Notes under the pieces: model-generated | Told to the model about the DNA's origin: nothing | The model's database searches: none | The model's input: the letters and a program-made list of their open reading frames with translations, nothing else | Part shown: in pieces, positions 27,801 to 33,552 of the stretch | Layout: each line of letters opens with the position of its first letter | Position numbering within the stretch: position 1 is the stretch's first letter | Origin: Catajapyx aquilonaris | Lineage: Eukaryota | Length of the DNA stretch: 33,552 bases | Assembly (NCBI GenBank): GCA_000934665.2 | Contig: KZ539101.1 | Coordinates: forward strand, 1-33,552 | Direction: 5' to 3' | Made by a program: the position numbers and the translations under genes

Positions 27801-28157
27801 ATGGTTGTGCTCAAGGGCTGGAGGTACGCGGCCTTCCTCTGCGCCATGGGGGGAGCCGTGGGACTCTTCCTCTACCCTGTGGCCATACACCCCATGATGC
27901 ATCCTGAAGGATACAGTAAGAAGAATAAGTGGTTCCCCCCTCTCGCCATTAATAACCCACATGATCTCATCCCTCTCCGTCCCTATAGGAAAGATCCAGG
28001 CCCAGACCAGGGCTGGAGTCAGGCAAGAGGACATACAGCCTGGAAGTAAGTCTATTGCTTGGCCCTCCTTCATTGCCTTGCTCATCGCCATGCCTCGTCC
28101 CTCTCCCTTTCAGACATGGACGTGTGGAAAGACCCTTTCCAGAGGAAGAAGAACTGA
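27801..28157 (+). CDS. SMIM20: Small integral membrane protein 20 (MITRAC7 / phoenixin precursor), 71 aa; join(27801..27915,27989..28045,28114..28157)
   Basis: MVVLKGWRYAAFLCAMGGAVGLFLYPVAIHPMMHPEGYRKIQAQTRAGVRQEDIQPGNMDVWKDPFQRKKN*. Single TM segment, YP..P motif and EDIQPG..VW.DPF tail typical of SMIM20. GT-AG introns; 216 nt. Confidence 0.92.
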
Positions 28158-28583
28158 CTCCGGCTCTTCCTCGCCCACTTCGCACCCCACTGTACATAAA
28201 GGCAACAACAATAACAACACTACTAGCTCTTCGTTTCACCCGGAGGCTTTTCCTTCTTCGCCACCTGTCACATTCAAATTACCTGATTTGCCATTGCGTA
28301 CATTTCCAGTTACTCTAGTTATTTGTCAACTAACCCTGCAGAAATGATGATTGGCATTCTTTAAGCAAGACTTCAAAGGCAAGTCTTTCCCAAGCGACAT
28401 GGCACCGTCTGAAGAAGGGGGAAATGCAACGCAAGTCTTACGAAATCTACACGTATACTCTAGCAACATGCTGTTTTCCTTCAGTGCCCGACACATTAGC
28501 AGTCCCTACATGTAAACTACAGCTTTGTCGTTACCTGCCAACCACGCGCCCTTCAGACATCATCACATGTGGAGGTCGCTTAA

Positions 28584-28870
28584 CCCTGGAACCGTGGCGT
28601 GGGGTCTTTTAGGACCCCAACGGAATGTAAATGCATTAAAATGATAATTACAATCAACTGTTGCCATTTAAAAAATATATATAACAGGAAGCGCATGTTT
28701 ATTTTGAATTAGCGATCATTTCGGGCATTGTTCAAAGAATGATTGCATATAGTCAATTCATTGGAAAGTATTAATTATATAAAAATTAATATAAATTAAA
28801 ATATGAATGGGGTCCTAAAAGACCCCGCGTCAAGGTATCCTTATCTTTCAGACACGTCCCGGTTCCAGGG
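28584..28870. mobile_element. piggyBac-type MITE (287 bp)
   Basis: TTAA|CCCTGGAACCG ... CGGTTCCAGGG|TGAA (TTAA with one change). 22-bp internal inverted repeats at 28598-28619 and 28808-28829 with asymmetric 3-bp and 30-bp spacers. Confidence 0.85.
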
Positions 28871-29024
28871 TGAAGGTGTGTTTACATGGGAGCGATTTGA
28901 CGAGCAAAGTCGTCGCCGAGCAAAGCAACCAATATTGTTTGAGGTGAAAGTAACCATCGATTTTCACCTCGAACAGCGACGGATCTGCCTGCTTACGTAA
29001 TACTTGGCGATGCTCTTGGCGATA

Positions 29025-29324
29025 CGCAGGGAAAAAAGGGAAAATAATGATGTTAGAAGCAAGCCACTTTGGGAAAATGTTCCCTCCTGGACTCAATGAA
29101 AGGTTTTTGCCCACAGCACACGACATTACATCCATGAGGAGGGGGAGGGGGTGTCAATTAAAATCAGTGGTCTGCCAATTGAAAGTGCGTCAACTGACGG
29201 ATTTTTCCGGTACAAGTGTCTTTTCCGCGTAATTCGACATTGCTGAGAAGAATAGTGTCCAGCAGGAAACACTTTCCCAAAGTGGCTTGCTTCTAACATC
29301 ATTATTATCCCTTTTTTCCCTGCG
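29025..29324. mobile_element. MITE, 300 bp, ~68-bp TIRs, TA TSD
   Basis: TA|CGCAGGGAAAAAAGGGAAAATAATGATGTTAGAAGCAAGCCACTTTGGGAAA ... TTTCCCAAAGTGGCTTGCTTCTAACATCATTATTATCCCTTTTTTCCCTGCG|TA. Confidence 0.85.
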
Positions 29325-29602
29325 TATGGCTGACACCCAAACTGACTCTTTTTTACTCCCCTGAATTTCGAAATTGTTCGCCTTTTCTAGTTCTCCTTGG
29401 TCTCTGGTGTTGTGCAAACATCACCTCGGCTGCTGATGCTCACGTTAGCATGGCCAAAATACAAGCCAAAATGCTATGTTCCGAAGCCACATCGCTAGCA
29501 GCCGGTCACGGGTCCTTGGTCCCCCGCGTCCCCTGTCACTGGGACTGATATGTGTGTAGCAATTTGTAATTGATTGATTTGACTTGATTCATAAATTGCC
29601 AC

Positions 29603-29606
<4 letters not shown>

Positions 29607-29647
<41 letters not shown>

Positions 29648-29986
29648 TCGGGTTAGTGCACCGCCCTAATTGGGCATCTGGCACGGTACCTTTATTTGCT
29701 TAAGATGTACAAGCTTTTACAAGTGGTCCTTTTCCGTAACGCCCGGGTACCGCGAGTGAAGGGGGAATGAATAGGAGGGGATGTGCAAAGTGCAAGTGCA
29801 ATGTCGTTGCTTGGTCATTTTGTGAACTCCCCCGGGTGGCTTAGTCTGTAGGAAATTGCCACCCGAAATGAAGCCAGAGATGGCCCAACTCAGCACGGAT
29901 AAAGGTGGGAACCCCGGGTGGGGATTGAACCCGGGACCTTCATATCCGTGGACGCAAGCGTTACCGCGGCGCCACTTCATCTCCCT
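29607..29986 (-). mobile_element. tRNA-derived SINE with (TTA)n tail and perfect 15-bp TSD
   Basis: On the minus strand: box A TGGCGCCGCGG (29964-29974), box B GGGTTCAATCC (29922-29932), (TTA)n tail to ~29646. TSD TAAATTGCCACATAA at 29592-29606 and 29987-30001. Confidence 0.88.
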
Positions 29987-31557
29987 TAAATTGCCACATA
30001 AAGTTTATCTCAAAGCGTGTGAGGTTATACTTCTCGTTCGCGCCACCCCGGAGAGCGCTACAATAGTGGCGACCAGGGACCCAGGACTGGCGCCCCACGA
30101 CCGGCTGCAGCTAGGTGTTGCAGGAATATCCCTTTGGCTTAAAGTCTCTTGACCCCGATAACGTGAGCAGCTGAGGAGATGTGTGCACAACATTATAAGC
30201 CAAGGAGAATTAGAAAAGGCAAAAATGTGCAAAATCCAGGGGAGAAAAATGAGTCACTTTGGTGCGAGTATTATGTTAGCAGGCGGATACATCGGCCCAT
30301 TGCTGGGTCGTCCGCATCGTTACTCGCTCCATGTAAACAGTGGCAACAATTGAAAGGGCACTGTAGGCGACCTCCATGTGATGCTGGTGACTGAAGGGCG
30401 AGGTTATTGCCAGGTAACACCACCCAACGCCGGACTACTGCTAATGATGTGCCGGCGGCACTGTACAGTGCAGTACACTGCAGCCAGCAGTCTGTGGGCC
30501 TGCCAGACTGGCTGGCTCCACACCAGACCCTGGCAAACTCAGCCATAATAATGATGCCAGCAACAGCTCCTTTTGGAAAGGAACCTTTGATGGCTGGCCT
30601 GCAAGGACCTTTTTTCGTCCCTCTGCAGGAAGGCCCGGCCGTCATGCTTTGTATGCTCGAGTTTTGATGGTGGGTGGGTGGGTGGAGGGGAATGCATATA
30701 ATTGGGTGGCCATGCTCGTGCTGAAGAAGGGTATGTAAAAAGGAAAGGTCCTCCACCTGCACTTGAAGCTGCAAATAGTATAGTTGTGCAGAGAGGGGGG
30801 GTTCATCACGTTTTGTTTGCGCTGTACCCTGCTCCAAGGGGGGGGGGAGGGGAGGTTGGAAGGTGGAGGGTTGGAAGGGATCGCTGTTGTCTTGACCTTG
30901 ACTGTACAGTGCTCTCCAGGCAAAGATGGCCGCCGTTGGGTGGTGAATGATGAGAGGAAGAGGAGGAGGAGGAGGAGAAGGATCGAGCCAGTTGACCACG
31001 GAGGAGAAGGAGGAGGAGGAGGAGGAGGAGGAGGAGGATTGTCTGCCCTTGCCCTCTAGCTAGCTACCTGCCTGGGTACTGCCCACAGAGTCTGCCCCGC
31101 GGCATCCTCCAGAGGAGCCGAAAGTGGAGGAAGGGAAGGGAAGGCAGGGGAAATGCCCAACACCCCTCCGCGATCACCCTCTGCAGCTGCAGCTGCTGGT
31201 AAGGGGGGCACATGTGCACCTTTAAGAATTGGATCGTAGCCATGAAATCTCGAGTCTGGAAGCATCTGAGTGTCTCCCACGGCCACTTTTGTAGAGGAAA
31301 TCATGCTACTTCTTGACTTTTAAAGGAAGATTTTTATAATAGCTCAGGAAAAAGGGAAAGAAACCAGAGTTTCAATGTTTCATCTAAGATTGTACGTTTG
31401 TATTTTTAGATACAACTACCACAATTTTTTTTTACGGTACACAATAAAATTGATCATGCAACAGATTCTTTGAACTGAATTTTCTGTTACCCGTAGCAGG
31501 AGACACCAATATGCTCCTAGTCGTCCAACGCTTTGTTTCATTCAAGGGACAGCAAAG

Positions 31558-32662
31558 ATGAACGCAGCCATCCTGATATTTGACCAGCTGAACGATGTGG
31601 TCTACATGCAATGCACGGACCAGTTCCTGGCCCACGTCAAGGCAAGGGCGCAGTGGCAGGGGCTGTCCGTGGATGACCTCAGCTGGGAAGATGGCCGAAA
31701 CCTAGTCATGCAGGTCTTTGCGCCTCTGGTCACCTCTCAACGTTTCATGGCCGCCCAGTTTGGCAACCGCTACGCTGCCGTGCAGTGCAAGGACAAGACC
31801 AACCTTGTCTTCCAAGAGGTTTGCAACAAGGTTGCATTAATACTTGTGTAGCTCTCTACAGCTGACACTTCTCCTTGTAGTTTATGGGCTACCTGTTTGT
31901 GGGAATCGGGACCCAGCCACAAGATGCGCTGAGGCGAGTCCTGACCGTCTGTGTTCAGCTGGTGCAGAAATTATGCGGGCCAAATGTTTCGCTGTGAGTT
32001 ACATTTTTTCACTGCCGCATTTGGTTTGCTCTCAAAATGTATCCTTTGAAAGAAATGTTGGGTCCTTCAGGTTGACTTTGCAATAATTACGTATGAGAAT
32101 TGAATTGTTGTTTCCAAAAATGAAGTCCCTTTTGGTGACATGGTAACAGAAGCAAAAAATTTCAAATCACATGGGAACTTTTCTTGCTGTCAGTGCCTTA
32201 GAAATTTCTGTCTTGCATGAAGTTGTCCCACCCTGCTCTGGAATTGCGTGTCTGTGCTGACTGACCACACTCCTGGCTCCCAAGGGTTGATGCCTTTCCT
32301 TGTGTTGCAGCCTTAAGACATCAGAGGATGTGAATGAGCTGCTGAGCCTGCTGATGGAGCGCTGGGAGGTCCTGCGCCAGACGGACCAGGCCTTCCTGAT
32401 GGAGGCTGTGGAGCAGTTGTTGGTCAACCCGGACCTGACTGCTGCCACCATGAGGGCCCTCAAGGAGTGCATTGACGTCCTGGTGCCCAGCACTGGGGCC
32501 AAGTTTCACTCTGCCCATGCACTCCTGCTGGTCGACTCCAAGCTTCTGGGGCTGTACTCCAGTAAAGGGGCGAAAGAGCTCAGGCCAGCCGACCTCCTAT
32601 TCCTGCTCCTGCTCGCCTTGACCCTCTGCCAGCCACAGGATTTGGATCTAGAGCACTGCCAG
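31558..32662 (+). CDS. HPS1: Hermansky-Pudlak syndrome 1 protein homolog (BLOC-3 subunit), 5' part; join(31558..31818,31881..31993,32311..32662), continuing beyond the window
   Basis: MNAAILIFDQLNDVVY...MQVFAPLVTSQRFM...NLVFQEFMGYLFVGI...LCGPNVSLLK...QAFLMEAVEQLLVN...HALLLVDSKLLGLYS..A.EL.PADLLFL, resembling the longin region of arthropod HPS1. GT-AG introns with matching phases. Confidence 0.85.
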
Positions 32663-33345
32663 GTTGGTGGGAGACAGAGTGATACTCTTGGGGCGTAACT
32701 AGGATGATACCTTTTGCCATGATATTTTTGCTGCAGGTGATTCCTCAATATAAGTTAAACTCATTTATTTCCTGTTCACATTTATTTTAATATCCAAAAT
32801 ATGGATTGACAAGGGGGAATTCATAATTTTTTTTGCACTCGAGGCTTGGGACATCTGTCCATATCTATTTTGTGCTTGAAATTTGCGTGAATCTCACCAA
32901 GATCGTCAAATGTAATGGAATGAAATTTCACGTGTTTTTGATACAAAGGGTGGTGCAACAAGGGGTCGCCACTGTGTACAGAAATGAAAAGTGTCAACAA
33001 ATGCATGCCAATAGGGATAGCCCAGGTGGATGAACACAGTATGGTGGCCAAACTCGGGCCGTTTCCTCTCTCTACAAGAGGGATGGGATTGTGATGTAAG
33101 GTCTGGCTGCCATGGGCACTGCTGTGCCATCAGGGCCTAAATCCGAGCGCAGTGCAATGTCTGTGTATGGGCGAACTTGCGTTTGCGGCTGTGTTTGTGG
33201 TCACATTCGGACTTGCCTGGCCCGGTTGGACAACTGAACCCCACTGGGAGATAGGGGATAAAGCAGGCTGTATTTGAGTGTAATTCCTCGTTCTCCACAC
33301 ATGCTAGTACATTTGCAATAAATTGTAAGAAAATTTATACGAGTA

Positions 33346-33552
33346 CACTGCACTCCGGATAATCTGCGATAATGAATGCATGGGTGTTCCCAGATATTCG
33401 GAAAACACGGATAATCCGAAAGCGGTCCTAGACACCATAAAAATGAGCTATGCAGAGGTTTTTAATGAACTGCTATACATACCGGTACCTACTGAATGCT
33501 CCATTAAATCGGGTTTGATAATTTAAAAAGCTACGGTATACGTTAGATCATT
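33346..33552 (-). mobile_element. Further copy of the Tigger-like MITE family, in a presumed HPS1 intron
   Basis: TA|CACTGCACTCCGGATAATC...AAACACGGATAATCCGAAA..GGTCCT..GAGCTAT, similar to 15993-16115. Confidence 0.65.

Noticed and set aside
30271..30999. 242-aa minus-strand ORF
   Set aside because: Low-complexity Pro-rich start, no recognisable domain or consistent exon chain; probably HPS1 promoter/UTR region.

Overview
Eukaryotic (invertebrate metazoan, probably arthropod) genomic DNA, not prokaryotic. Most track ORFs are spurious low-complexity frames or single exons. Bases ~1-19,000 contain no protein-coding gene I can recognise. They hold microsatellites, a 177-N gap and many non-autonomous transposons: a 1-kb TA-flanked foldback, a V-domain-like tRNA-SINE, an EnSpm-like MITE, a deleted pogo-like element retaining a frameshifted PHD finger, Helentron/DINE-like pieces, and a Chapaev3-like element nested in a Tigger-like MITE. 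Bases ~19,300-33,552 form a compact cluster of five spliced housekeeping genes, mostly with very short introns, rebuilt here from GT-AG sites: ETHE1 (+, 273 aa), LSM5 (-, 93 aa), ARL1 (-, 180 aa), SMIM20/phoenixin precursor (+, 71 aa) and the 5' part of HPS1 (+). More MITEs and a second SINE are interspersed. I see no convincing wholly new biological system. The best leads are the phoenixin precursor lacking its amidation Gly, a separable ETHE1 targeting-peptide exon, an inverted 29-nt motif pair flanking the TE block upstream of ETHE1, and the nested-TE architecture. TE superfamily labels come from recalled terminal/TSD conventions, not from database searches.
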